Assembly: GCA_963664825.1 (NCBI GenBank)
Contig: OY761614.1
Span: 1,760,001 to 1,824,000 of the forward strand
DNA from: an uncultured Holophaga sp.
Lineage (GTDB): Bacteria > Acidobacteriota > Holophagae > Holophagales > Holophagaceae
Reading direction: 5' to 3'
DNA: 64,000 bases
Part shown: positions 45,446-54,855 of the stretch, piece by piece
How the letters are laid out: each line of letters begins with the position of its first letter
Numbering within the stretch: position 1 is the stretch's first letter
Position numbers and translations under genes: made by a program
The notes under the pieces: generated by a model
Told to the model about the DNA's origin: nothing
Database searches by the model: none
Seen by the model: the letters and a program-made list of their open reading frames with translations, nothing else

Positions 45446-46552
45446 TCAGAATCGCGTCTCCAGGCTCAGTCCCAGGCCCATGTCTGCGGTGTTCTCATTG
45501 TGGGTGATGTTGTTGAGGTAGCGGAAGGTGAGGACCGTCTGGCCCCAGAGGGTCCAGTGGAAGCCCAGATCGTGCTGGAGGCTGGGGAGGTCCAGCTTCT
45601 GGTAGGGCTGCTTGGGGAGATACCCGCTCTGGGCGTAGAGCTGAAAGAAGGGGCGGAAGCGCGGCCACTTGCGGTATTCCCAGGTTCCGTGGGCCCCCCA
45701 CCCGTCCCGCAGGCCGCCGAAGGCGAGTTCGTTGTAGGCGTGGCTCCCCGGGGGGCGGCCGATGAAGGCCCCGCCGAAGTAGAAGACGTGCCGTGGTGCG
45801 GGTTGCCAGCGTCCCGTGAGACCCAGGGAAAAGTCCCAGCCAGAGCGGTACTCGTCGTAGCAGGTGGTCAGGGGGAGCTTGAGGGTGGCCGTGGCGGAGA
45901 GCAGCCAGTTCCCGCTCCCCGCGATGCGGTGGGTGATTCCTATGGAGGGGTCCTGGAACTTCCCCTGGATGGCCTCCTCGCTGTAGAAGACCAGCTTGCC
46001 TCGGGACATCACGGCCAGGGTCAGCCGGTTCCTCTCGATGAGGTCCCGGCCAAACTGCTCGAAGCCCAGTTTGTGGAAACCCTCGATGAGACCATCCAGG
46101 AGGCCTCCGCCGTGCCACTGGAAGGGCAGCTCGGCCCAGATATCCATCCGGTCTCCGAGGCCCCAGCGGAGGCGCAGGGTGGTGCGGACGATCTCCTCGT
46201 CGAAGTAGAAGATGAGGGGGATGGAGGGATGCTGGGTGGCCAATTCCTGGGCATCCTCCCGAGTCACGCGAATGCGTCCCTGGACATCCCGGGGGGCCTC
46301 GCTCTTCAGGATGTCGGAGAACTCGAAGGTATTGGCGCGGATGTGGTCCAGGGAGACGAACCAGCGCCCTTCGCCCAAGGGGGTGGGGTCCACGGGTAGG
46401 TAGGCCAGGGTGGGTAGGAAGAGAGGGAACATCTCCCGGGTGGGGATGGGGCCCAATTCCATGGGTTCCTGGGCGCAGAGGGCCAGGGCGAAGCCCGCCA
46501 TCAGAGCGGCAGTGAATATCCGGAGGGCTGTGCCATGCTCCCGGGCTTCCAT
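45446..46552 (-). CDS. outer-membrane beta-barrel-like protein (DUF3187-like)
   Basis: GAGGAG RBS, signal peptide, GGG.LD.LIE.FH, amphipathic strands and C-terminal Phe. Confidence 0.65.
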   Translation of the reverse strand: MEAREHGTALRIFTAALMAGFALALCAQEPMELGPIPTREMFPLFLPTLAYLPVDPTPLGEGRWFVSLDHIRANTFEFSDILKSEAPRDVQGRIRVTREDAQELATQHPSIPLIFYFDEEIVRTTLRLRWGLGDRMDIWAELPFQWHGGGLLDGLIEGFHKLGFEQFGRDLIERNRLTLAVMSRGKLVFYSEEAIQGKFQDPSIGITHRIAGSGNWLLSATATLKLPLTTCYDEYRSGWDFSLGLTGRWQPAPRHVFYFGGAFIGRPPGSHAYNELAFGGLRDGWGAHGTWEYRKWPRFRPFFQLYAQSGYLPKQPYQKLDLPSLQHDLGFHWTLWGQTVLTFRYLNNITHNENTADMGLGLSLETRF

Positions 46553-46557
46553 TCTCC

Positions 46558-46908
46558 TCACAGCAGTCGTCGCCAGGACCCCGCGCTGTAGGCCTGAGTG
46601 AAACCGGCCCGCTGAAGAAATTTCTGGGCGCCCAGGCTGCGGGCTCCGCTGGCACAGCACAGGAGGATCGTCTGGGAGCGCTCCAGTTCGCCCATGCGCT
46701 GGGACAATTGATCTAAAGGGATATTGAGGCTCCCGGGGGCATGCCCTTGGGCGAATTCTGCGGAGGTGCGCACATCGACGAGGATGGCGCCCTGGTCCTT
46801 GAGTTCCTTCAGGCGCGCCGGGCTGAGGCCTCCTCCCAGGACGCGCCGAAGAGTGAAGATCGCCGCGAAGGCGAGGGCCACCCAGAAGATCCAATGGACA
46901 GGATGCAC
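46558..46908 (-). CDS. membrane-anchored rhodanese-like sulfurtransferase
   Basis: N-terminal TM, LVDVRT..EF..GHAPGSLNIPL and active loop CCASGARS. Confidence 0.85.
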   Translation of the reverse strand: MHPVHWIFWVALAFAAIFTLRRVLGGGLSPARLKELKDQGAILVDVRTSAEFAQGHAPGSLNIPLDQLSQRMGELERSQTILLCCASGARSLGAQKFLQRAGFTQAYSAGSWRRLL

Positions 46909-47014
46909 GTGTCGCCCCCTTTCCAGCAGTCTAGCCCGAGCCGGGGCAGGTTCGGCAGGGCCACCCTTCGGGAGAAGTGGCTCGGCTTTGGCTAGAATCG
47001 AAACAGGGGCCGTT

Positions 47015-47539
47015 ATGCCGACACTCCAGGAACGCGCGAAAGCCATCCGCCTCGTCTGCACGGATGTGGATGGGGTGCTCACCACGGGCCATCTGCACTT
47101 CGGCGGAGACGGCACCCACACCAAGGCCTTCCATGTGCGGGATGGCGCAGCCACCGTGTATCTCCAGCGCAGCGGCATCAGGGTGGCCTTCATCTCGGGG
47201 CTGGATAGCCCCTCCACCTGGGCTCGGGCCAAACAGCTGGGGGTGGAGGATTGCTTCGCGGGAAATCTGGCGAAGGGGCCCATCCTGGCCCAGCTCTGCG
47301 CGAAGTACGGCCTCGCCCCCGAACAGGTGGCCCACCTGGGGGATGATCTGCCGGATCTGCCCCTCCTGAGCCGGGTGGGCCTGGCCTGTTGTCCGGAGGA
47401 TGCGGTGGAGGAGGTCAAGGGCCTGTGCCACTTCATCATTCCTTTGCCTGGTGGCCAGGGCGTGCTGCGGCCCGTGGCCGAACTGGTTTTGAAGTCCCAG
47501 GGTCTCTGGGATGCCGTCGTAGACAATTACAGGAAGTGA
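47015..47539 (+). CDS. kdsC: 3-deoxy-D-manno-octulosonate 8-phosphate phosphatase (HAD)
   Basis: DVDGVLT, KAFHVRDG, GDDLPDLP and GG.G.LR.VAE. Confidence 0.88.
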   Translation: MPTLQERAKAIRLVCTDVDGVLTTGHLHFGGDGTHTKAFHVRDGAATVYLQRSGIRVAFISGLDSPSTWARAKQLGVEDCFAGNLAKGPILAQLCAKYGLAPEQVAHLGDDLPDLPLLSRVGLACCPEDAVEEVKGLCHFIIPLPGGQGVLRPVAELVLKSQGLWDAVVDNYRK

Positions 47540-47542
47540 CCC

Positions 47543-48100
47543 ATGCGCATCCGCCCCGCCCTTCTTTCGCTCCTCTTCATGCTGCCCCTGGGCGCCCAGG
47601 TGCTGGAGCCCAGCATGCTCGGCCTTCAGGCCCGCATCAGCGTCCCCGAGGGCAGCTTCCGGGATGCCCTCGGGGGCTTGAGGATCCCCGGCTTCGGGGC
47701 CAGTCTCTTCGCGGAGATGGATCTCGGCGACAGCCTGCACTACCGCCTGGGCATGGGCGCGGATCTCTGGCCCCAGGGCCGGGGGAATATGGGCAGCGAT
47801 GACCGCGAGATCCAGGCCTTCCATGTGGGGGGCGAGGCCGTCTACTTCCTCCGGGACGAGGGAGAGAAGACCCTCCTGGGGCCCTATGTCACCGCTGGGC
47901 TCTCGGGCTGCGCGTGGTCCCTGGGCAAGGATGTGACTGGTGCGGGCGAGACCCGGCGGGTGGTCCATGCCGCGGCCACCTTGGGTGTCGGATGGCGCAT
48001 GATGCGCCACCTGGATGCCGAGGTGAAGGTCCTGGCCGGGAGGATCGATCCCAACCTGGATGCCCTGGCGCTGATGGGCTGCGTGAACTACAGGTTCTGA
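47543..48100 (+). CDS. outer-membrane beta-barrel protein
   Basis: Signal peptide, alternating beta-strands and C-terminal NYRF. Confidence 0.7.
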   Translation: MRIRPALLSLLFMLPLGAQVLEPSMLGLQARISVPEGSFRDALGGLRIPGFGASLFAEMDLGDSLHYRLGMGADLWPQGRGNMGSDDREIQAFHVGGEAVYFLRDEGEKTLLGPYVTAGLSGCAWSLGKDVTGAGETRRVVHAAATLGVGWRMMRHLDAEVKVLAGRIDPNLDALALMGCVNYRF

Positions 48101-50949
48101 GGGAGCGTCCTTCCCGCAGCACCGGCTTCGCACTGGCGGCGGCCTTGCCGCAATTCGAGAAGGGTCGGGTTGGACGACAGGCCCCGTTCAAAGGCCCGCC
48201 GCGCCATGCGGAGGGTTTCCTGGCAGGGCTGGCCGGTGGATTGCTGCCAGCGCGATCGCGCCAGGGCGAGATCGCCGCGCACCAGGTGCAATTGCGCTCG
48301 GGTGGGGTTGATCTCCAGCGCAGCGGCGATGGCCTTTTCACCCCGGGCGAGATAGTCCTCCGGGTTTCGCTGCTGGGCGAGGGCGCGCTGGGCTTCCATG
48401 AGGCAGACGGCGGCCAAGGCCCACCACGTCTCGTGGGCCTTGGGACAGAGCTGCACGGCCCTTTCCGCGTCTTCTCGAGCCCGCCCCATGGCTTCGACCG
48501 ACCCACGTGGGTCGCGGGAAGTTCGCTCCGCCAGGATCTGGAAGGCTCTCGCCGATTCCACCCAGGACCACATGCTCTGGGGATTCATTTCGAGGGCTTT
48601 TCGGAGTTCGCGAAGAGCGGCCTCGGCGTTGGGCCTGGGATCGAGGCCCCGCAGGGCCTCCCAATGCGCCTTGAGGCGCAGGGAGGAACCCAGGAAGTAG
48701 TGGTGGTAGAACATCTCCTTCCGGACCATCCCCGAGCGAGTCGCCCGGATGGCCTGGTCGAGGGTGGGGCGCGGATCCCGCCCGTGCTCGAGTTCCCAGC
48801 GGGCTTGCACCTGGAGGATCTCAACGGGTTCCTCCTCCCGGAAGGAGGGCTCCAGGGCCTGCCGGATGGTGGGCCTCGGATCCCTGCCCCTGAGGAGTTC
48901 GTGATCGGCCTTGATCCAAAGGAGATCCAGGCGCTCCTCCTGGAACGTCTCAGTGCCGCCGCACTGCACACGGGCCTGTTCCAGGTGTTCCAGGCCTTTG
49001 CGCAGGGGTTCGGCGGGGTCCTGGCCGTGCTTGAGGCGATAGGAGGCCCGGCGTTGGCAGATCCGGAGCTTGTCGCGATGAGGCAGGACCTGCCCCGGAT
49101 CCAGGGCAAGCAGGCGATCACAGATTTGTTCCGCTTCCTGGAACAGCTTCTCGGCGAAGAACCCGTGTTCCAGTTCGAAGGCCATCCAGGCCATGCGCTG
49201 GCTCAGGTCCACCTGGAGGGCCTGTTCATCGCTCCTCGCCAGGTCCTGGGCACACTGGGCGGCTTCCCGGGCCTGTCGGTACAGATCGAGAGCGGCCTGC
49301 GGCTTCCCGGAGGTCTGCAGATCGAAGCCCTTCCGGGTCAGGGCCGAGGATTCCAGGGCCTTGGCCTCATAGCACCAGGGCCTTTCGCGGAAGGCCTGCC
49401 TCGCCAGATCCAGGGCCCGGTCGGGTTGGCCTTGGAGGCGCGCCAGGACGGATTCCCCCAGGGCCATGGGCTCGAGGGTTTGACCCCGGGCCTGGGAGAA
49501 GAGGCGCTGCGCGCTAAGCAGATGCCGCCGTTTCAGGTCCTCCAGGCCCTGGGTACCCTGGGCCTCGAGCCTCATCGATTCCGCCGCAAACACCTCGCAA
49601 TGGGCGCGGCCCAGCGCATAGGTCTCATCGGGGGTGCGGAATCCCTGATCCCAGGCCTTCTGAAGTTGGCCCAGGGCCTGCCCAGGTTCACCGAGCATCT
49701 GGTGACCGCGTCCCAGGGCATAGTGTCCGGGACCTTCGGCCTGGGAACCCAGTTCCTGCATGGTCTTCCGCAGCGCGTCCATCCGCATTCGGGTTCGCCC
49801 CAGCGCCGGGCGGAGATCATGGGCCGGCATCATCCGCTCCAGGCGCATCAGATGCTCGATGTCCTTCATTTCTCCCACCAACTGCTGGGCGAGATGCGTC
49901 TGCTGTTGGCCCCGGAGGGTGGTGCGGACATTCCAGGCGGCCATGCCGAGCAGCAGGAGGATGGCTGCGGCCAGGGCGGAGGCCACCTTGGGGTTCTTGC
50001 GGATCCTGCGCAGTAGCCTCGTCCAGGGTGGGGTGGCGCGGGCCAGGATGGGCTCACCGTCCAGGAATCTCCGCAGATCCTCTGCCAGGGCGGCGGCGGA
50101 GGCATAGCGATCCCTAGGCTCGGGTTCGAGACAGGTGGCCAGGATGGTGCGCAGTTCCCTGGGGAGATTCTGGCTGGGGGTGTGTTCGCGCTTCCGCCCC
50201 TCACCGCACTCGGCCGTTTTCTGAAGGATGCATGGGTTCCCGGAGAGGGCCTGCGACAGCGTGACCCCCAGGGCGTACACATCCGTATGAGGGCCGATGC
50301 GGGATCGCTCCCCGCGGAGCTGTTCGGGGGCCATGTAGGCGGGCGTCCCGAGAGGGCCTTGGGTGTGCGTGAGGCCCGCGCTGTCCATGTCCATGGCCAG
50401 TCCGAAATCGCACACATAGGGTGTCCAGCGGCCCTCTGGGCTCCGCTCCATGAGGATATTCCCAGGCTTCAGATCGCGATGAACGAGCTTCAGGCGATGG
50501 GCCGCATGCACGGCCTGGGCCACCAGAATCATCGTGCCCAGAACCTCCTCCTGGGACATCACCCTGCAAGCCTCGCCCAGGGGCCCGCCCCGCACCAGCT
50601 GCATGGCGATGCAGATGGTGTCGCCGCCCGTATCCACATCAAAGACCCGGCAGATATTGGGATGCTCTACGCGAGCCTGGATCTGGGCTTCCCCCAGGAA
50701 ACGCATCAGGGCCGTCGGGCCGCGCTGTCTCAAAAGTTTCAGCGCCACCGTGCGGTTCAGAAGGGTGTCCCGGGCCTCGAAGACCTCGCCCATGCCTCCG
50801 ATGCCAAGCAGCGGACCCAGGATGTAGCGCCCGATACGCCTCTGGCCTGCCTGGGCGCCGGGCGACGCATGGGCGGGAAGGGTGTCTGTTCCGGCGCCTT
50901 GCCCAGGCACGACGACCTGGGGTATAGCGCCTGTCTCGGACTCGATCAC
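48088..50949 (-). CDS. Hanks-type Ser/Thr protein kinase with TM and C-terminal TPR-like repeats
   Basis: LGIGGMGEV, VALK, HRDLKPGNIL, DFGLA, GTPAYMAPEQ and DVYALG. Confidence 0.92.
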   Translation of the reverse strand: MIESETGAIPQVVVPGQGAGTDTLPAHASPGAQAGQRRIGRYILGPLLGIGGMGEVFEARDTLLNRTVALKLLRQRGPTALMRFLGEAQIQARVEHPNICRVFDVDTGGDTICIAMQLVRGGPLGEACRVMSQEEVLGTMILVAQAVHAAHRLKLVHRDLKPGNILMERSPEGRWTPYVCDFGLAMDMDSAGLTHTQGPLGTPAYMAPEQLRGERSRIGPHTDVYALGVTLSQALSGNPCILQKTAECGEGRKREHTPSQNLPRELRTILATCLEPEPRDRYASAAALAEDLRRFLDGEPILARATPPWTRLLRRIRKNPKVASALAAAILLLLGMAAWNVRTTLRGQQQTHLAQQLVGEMKDIEHLMRLERMMPAHDLRPALGRTRMRMDALRKTMQELGSQAEGPGHYALGRGHQMLGEPGQALGQLQKAWDQGFRTPDETYALGRAHCEVFAAESMRLEAQGTQGLEDLKRRHLLSAQRLFSQARGQTLEPMALGESVLARLQGQPDRALDLARQAFRERPWCYEAKALESSALTRKGFDLQTSGKPQAALDLYRQAREAAQCAQDLARSDEQALQVDLSQRMAWMAFELEHGFFAEKLFQEAEQICDRLLALDPGQVLPHRDKLRICQRRASYRLKHGQDPAEPLRKGLEHLEQARVQCGGTETFQEERLDLLWIKADHELLRGRDPRPTIRQALEPSFREEEPVEILQVQARWELEHGRDPRPTLDQAIRATRSGMVRKEMFYHHYFLGSSLRLKAHWEALRGLDPRPNAEAALRELRKALEMNPQSMWSWVESARAFQILAERTSRDPRGSVEAMGRAREDAERAVQLCPKAHETWWALAAVCLMEAQRALAQQRNPEDYLARGEKAIAAALEINPTRAQLHLVRGDLALARSRWQQSTGQPCQETLRMARRAFERGLSSNPTLLELRQGRRQCEAGAAGRTLPQNL

Positions 50950-51036
50950 GGGGGTGTTCCGCTTCTAAAAGGGGGAATCTTATCGGTTCATTGTGCCAGG
51001 AATGGACCCTGACCCTCTGAGTGATCGAGGTTTCCA

Positions 51037-52179
51037 TCAGGTCGGATCGGACATCCTGGCGAGCAGGTGCTCCGCCACCCGGGCTGCGGCGCCGGGCTCG
51101 CCCAGGTGGACCCGCACTTCGGCCAGGTCCCTGCGGATGCCTACGGCGCGTTCGGGCGCCAGGAGTCGGGACAGTTCCTGTCCTAGGCGCTGGGGATTGA
51201 CCTCGCCCTGGAGCAGCTCCGGCGCGATCTCGTGTCCCGCTACCACATTGGCCAAGCCGAAGTGGGAGACCTTCACGAAGCGTCTCGCCAGGGCCAGGGT
51301 GAGAGGGTTCATGCGGTAGAGCACCGCGAAGGGAGTGCCCAGCAGCGCCGTCTCCAGGGTGGCGGTGCCCGAGCAGACCAGGGCCGCGTCCGCATGGGCT
51401 CTGGGCGCGTAGGTCTGGCCTTCCACCAGGGTGATGGGCGCGTCTCCGAGGAAGGTCTTCAGGAAGGCGGCGCTCAGGGTCGGCGCCACGGGCAGCACCC
51501 ACTGCACGTGGCTCGTGGCGGGATCTGCGCGCCAGGCCCTGGCCAGGGCCACCATGGGCGGGAGGAGTCCCTGGATCTCCTCCCGGCGGCTGCCGGGGAG
51601 CAGGGCCACCAGGGGGCGCGAGGCGTCCAACCCCGTTTGGTGGAAGAACGTCTCGTGATCCGCCTCGGGTTTCACCACTTCCACCAGCGGGTGGCCCATC
51701 CATAGGGCTTCCACGGGCAGCCCCTGGAAGAGGGCGGGTTCGAAATCAAAGAGGCAGTAGAGGGTGTCGAGGGTATGTCCGTAGATGGGGATGCGCCCGG
51801 CCTTCCAGGCCCACACCTGCGGGCAGACGTACTGGTGGAGGCGCGCGCGAGGCACAGCCTTCCTTAAGGACTTGGCCAGACTGAAATTGAAGCTCTTGTA
51901 GTCGATGAGGAGCGCCGCGCCGATATCTTCCTCCACCGCCACCCGCAGGATCTCTCGCTTGAGGGCCAGGAGTTTGGGGATATGCCTGAGCACCTCCACG
52001 AAGCCCACCACGCCCAGGTCCTGCACATCGGCCAGCTTGCGGTCGAGATAGGGCGTCATGCCTCCGCCGCCCACGCCGATGATGCGCAGTTCCGGGCATC
52101 GCGCCTTCAGTTCGCGCAGCAGCTCGGCGCCATGGAGATCGCCGCTGGCCTCGCCTGCCACCACCAGGAGCGGCTTCAT
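51037..52179 (-). CDS. lpxB: lipid-A-disaccharide synthase
   Basis: VAGEASGDLHG, YVCPQVWAW, LLPGSRREE, SGTATLE and PELLQ. Confidence 0.95.
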   Translation of the reverse strand: MKPLLVVAGEASGDLHGAELLRELKARCPELRIIGVGGGGMTPYLDRKLADVQDLGVVGFVEVLRHIPKLLALKREILRVAVEEDIGAALLIDYKSFNFSLAKSLRKAVPRARLHQYVCPQVWAWKAGRIPIYGHTLDTLYCLFDFEPALFQGLPVEALWMGHPLVEVVKPEADHETFFHQTGLDASRPLVALLPGSRREEIQGLLPPMVALARAWRADPATSHVQWVLPVAPTLSAAFLKTFLGDAPITLVEGQTYAPRAHADAALVCSGTATLETALLGTPFAVLYRMNPLTLALARRFVKVSHFGLANVVAGHEIAPELLQGEVNPQRLGQELSRLLAPERAVGIRRDLAEVRVHLGEPGAAARVAEHLLARMSDPT

Positions 52180-52796
52180 GGGGTCACCTCGGGGAAGAAG
52201 ATCATGGGATGGGAGGCCTCGAGCCGGGCCACGCTGCGGGCCGCCTCTTGCGGGTCCGTCGAGGGAAGGGCCAGGTTCCAACGATAACCCAGGCGTCGGA
52301 GTCCCGTGAAATCGTCGTCCTCGGCACCCACGGCGCAGAAGATGCGGTCGGCGATGCACTCCAGGTCCGGACCCACGCTCCCGTCCCAGCAGTAGCCCAC
52401 CGCATCGCAGCGCAGTTCCTTCATCAGGGCCACCAGCGCCGGGGCCGCCCCGGCCCCTGGCCGCAGGGCGATCTTCACCCCCCGACCCTGCAGGGCCTCC
52501 AGGAGGGCTTCCAGGGCACCCAGGAACCGGGCCTGATCCGCTCTGCCACCAGAAGCCCCGGCGGGAATTACCAGGAAATCGGCCCCCAGCTGGGGGCGAA
52601 GGGCCTCGAGGCCCGCGATCACGAGTTCTTCGCCCCAGGGCCGGGGCCGGAGATGGAGGGCATGTACGGCGAGGCCGCCCCGGACGGCGGCCTCCCAGCC
52701 TGGATGGGGATCTCCCTCCCAGTTCAGTTCCACATTCCGGAAGGAAATCCAGGGGGCCGGATCTTGGCGAGAGGACAAAAGGGGCAGGAAACGCAT
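52176..52796 (-). CDS. hypothetical protein (possible degenerate sugar-phosphate isomerase/TIM barrel)
   Basis: Translationally coupled to lpxB. GVKIAL and VGYCWD resemble AP-endonuclease-2 family segments. Confidence 0.55.
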   Translation of the reverse strand: MRFLPLLSSRQDPAPWISFRNVELNWEGDPHPGWEAAVRGGLAVHALHLRPRPWGEELVIAGLEALRPQLGADFLVIPAGASGGRADQARFLGALEALLEALQGRGVKIALRPGAGAAPALVALMKELRCDAVGYCWDGSVGPDLECIADRIFCAVGAEDDDFTGLRRLGYRWNLALPSTDPQEAARSVARLEASHPMIFFPEVTP

Positions 52797-52828
52797 CCAA
52801 TGATTATGATGGAGCGCCGGAGGGCCGT

Positions 52829-53191
52829 ATGACCCACGTTTTCACCCTGGACGAGGCCCAGGAACTGATGCCTCGAGTGAAAGCCATGACGAGCTCCGTG
52901 TTCGAGCTGGCCTCCAGCCTGAGCCAGGAACTGAGGGAAATGGAGGACAAGCACGAAGAGGAACGGGCCGAGGAACTGCGGGAGCGGCTCCAGACCCTGG
53001 TGACCACCTGGGCGGCGGCCATCCGAGATCTGGGCCCGGAGGTGAAGGGGCTCTGGCTGGTGGACTTCGATTCCGGCGATGGTTACTGGTGCTGGTCCTA
53101 CCCGGAGGAGGAGCTGGGGCACTGGCATAGCTATGAGGATGGCTTCGGGGCCCGGATCGCCGTGGAACGCCGGCCCGATGCCCGGCGATGA
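52829..53191 (+). CDS. DUF2203-like protein
   Basis: FTLDEAQELMP, VKGLWLVDF and CWSYPEE.L.HWH...DGF.AR. Confidence 0.8.
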   Translation: MTHVFTLDEAQELMPRVKAMTSSVFELASSLSQELREMEDKHEEERAEELRERLQTLVTTWAAAIRDLGPEVKGLWLVDFDSGDGYWCWSYPEEELGHWHSYEDGFGARIAVERRPDARR

Positions 53192-53202
53192 AGCTTGATC
53201 GT

Positions 53203-53320
53203 GCATTTCGAGTAGCCGACCGCCGTCAGGCGGGCGGCGTAGAGCGGCGCGGCACAGGCTTGGGCGAAGCCCAAACTGTGCAGTGCCGCGCCTCGAAATG
53301 CCGTAATGCGCCGCCCGCTG
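53203..53320. other. intergenic element with three long stems in pseudoknot order (candidate ncRNA or REP-like element)
   Basis: Pairings 53203-12/53292-301, 53230-41/53307-18, 53247-55/53283-91 and 53260-65/53269-74. Confidence 0.55.
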
Positions 53321-53328
53321 GATATGTT

Positions 53329-53727
53329 GTGGGCGTTTCAAACGCAATATCCGAGGTAAAGCCCGCTCCTTTTCGCGATTCCGTCCTGACCTTCGTGGCG
53401 CGCATCCCCCCGGGCCGTTTGGCCAGCTATGGCCAGATCGCCCTGATGGCCGGGTACCCCCGGCGCCCCAGGCAGGTGGGCATGGTGCTCAAGGGCCTGC
53501 CGGAGGATACGGCACTTCCCTGGCACCGGGTGGTGAATGCCCGCGGTTACGTGCCCAGCAAGGGGCGTTGGTGGGGCGCCCAGGTGCAGATCGAGCGGCT
53601 CCGTGCGGAAGGCATCGAGGTTGATGAATTCGGCAACCTGGATCTGGAGCGATTCCGCTGGGATGGGATGGCTTCCCCTTACCCACTCACCGGGAGGGAA
53701 GCACAGGCAGACGGGCCCAGGGGTTGA
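53329..53727 (+). CDS. alkyltransferase-like protein (ATL/YbaZ, MGMT family)
   Basis: IPPG..ASYGQIA, RQVG and PWHRVVN (Trp replaces the catalytic Cys). Start codon uncertain. Confidence 0.85.
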   Translation: MGVSNAISEVKPAPFRDSVLTFVARIPPGRLASYGQIALMAGYPRRPRQVGMVLKGLPEDTALPWHRVVNARGYVPSKGRWWGAQVQIERLRAEGIEVDEFGNLDLERFRWDGMASPYPLTGREAQADGPRG

Positions 53728-53817
53728 TTCGGCGGAACGCCTTGGAAGCCCCTCGCCATCACGGGAGACTATCCCTGGCCAAGCTGCGTCCTCCTGGCTA
53801 CTTCCAAGAAAGGTCCC

Positions 53818-54855
53818 ATGCGCTTCCGGGAACTCCAGCATTCCTTCCTCGGCCGAGTCCGCAATCCGGCCTACTGGGTCGTGCTCCTGAGCCTGGGGGC
53901 GCTGGCGGTTTCCTTCATCACCATGGTCATTCCGGACCACGGGCTGCGGATTCTACTGCGCCTCCTGGTTTTCGTGGTCCTGTGGCTTCCGGCCACCCTG
54001 CTGAGTCCGGCGCCCTGGCAGTGGACAGGGGATGATCGCTCCCTGGCTCCCTGGGGGCGGGGCCTCCTCCAATCCTGCGGATACATCCTACTGGTGGCTG
54101 TGTGCCACGGCTTGCTGGTGCTGCTCCTGCACGGCCAGGGAAACGTGGCCTTCGTCCTGGGGCTGATCACAGGGCTGGCCGTGGTGGCACTCTTCTTCCT
54201 GGTACCCATGGGCGTCCTGATCGCGCGAGGCGAGAGGCTCTCGCTAGAGGCCCGGGAGGCCCAGGTCCGGGCCAGGCAGGCTCAGTGGATGGGCCATCGG
54301 GGAGCCTTCAGTCCCCGCCTCCTCTTCGGAAACCTGGATCATCTGGCGGGCTTGGCCCATGGGGATCCCCGGGGGACCGAACAGGGACTGGTGGATCTGG
54401 CCGCCCTCTATCGCCAATGGCTGATGGAGGCCGAAAAGCCCGTGATCACCCTCGGCGCCGAGCTGAGGATGGCCGAGCAGTACCTGGCCCTGGAGCGGAA
54501 GCGGTGGAAGGAGTGTCTCCAGATCCGGACCCATTTCGATCTGGAGCAGGAGGCACAAGCCGTGCCCCCTCTCCTCCTCCTCTCCTTCCTGGAGCAGGCC
54601 CTCACGGGTTCCCCCACGGAGTCCGTCGTGGAGATGGAAATCCAGGTGTCGGGAACATCATCCTGGCTGGAGATCCGAATGGAGGCCCGGGGCCCCATTC
54701 CGGCGCCCTCGCTTGAAACGCTTGCGCAGTCCCGTCGGCGGATCCAGGCGGCCCTGAACCGGGAAGGTTCGGCCATCCTGGTCCCCTCGGAAGCGGGCTG
54801 GACCCTCACGTTGAGAATCCCCAAGCGAGCCCTGGAGACCTCCCCATGCTCATGA
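53818..54855 (+). CDS. LytS-like membrane sensor, degenerate (pseudo)kinase
   Basis: TM region, PWQWTGD and YLALE..R as in the paralog, but the H-box reads SPRLLFGNL and the N/G boxes are eroded. Confidence 0.7.
   Translation: MRFRELQHSFLGRVRNPAYWVVLLSLGALAVSFITMVIPDHGLRILLRLLVFVVLWLPATLLSPAPWQWTGDDRSLAPWGRGLLQSCGYILLVAVCHGLLVLLLHGQGNVAFVLGLITGLAVVALFFLVPMGVLIARGERLSLEAREAQVRARQAQWMGHRGAFSPRLLFGNLDHLAGLAHGDPRGTEQGLVDLAALYRQWLMEAEKPVITLGAELRMAEQYLALERKRWKECLQIRTHFDLEQEAQAVPPLLLLSFLEQALTGSPTESVVEMEIQVSGTSSWLEIRMEARGPIPAPSLETLAQSRRRIQAALNREGSAILVPSEAGWTLTLRIPKRALETSPCS

Noticed and set aside
52180..52800. 587-aa extended LpxB
   Set aside because: The extension is a Pro/Arg/Gly shadow frame over the upstream gene. 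LpxB starts at MKPLLVVAGEASGD.
53329..53727. Active O6-methylguanine methyltransferase
   Set aside because: PWHRV replaces PCHRV, so it is a non-catalytic ATL protein.
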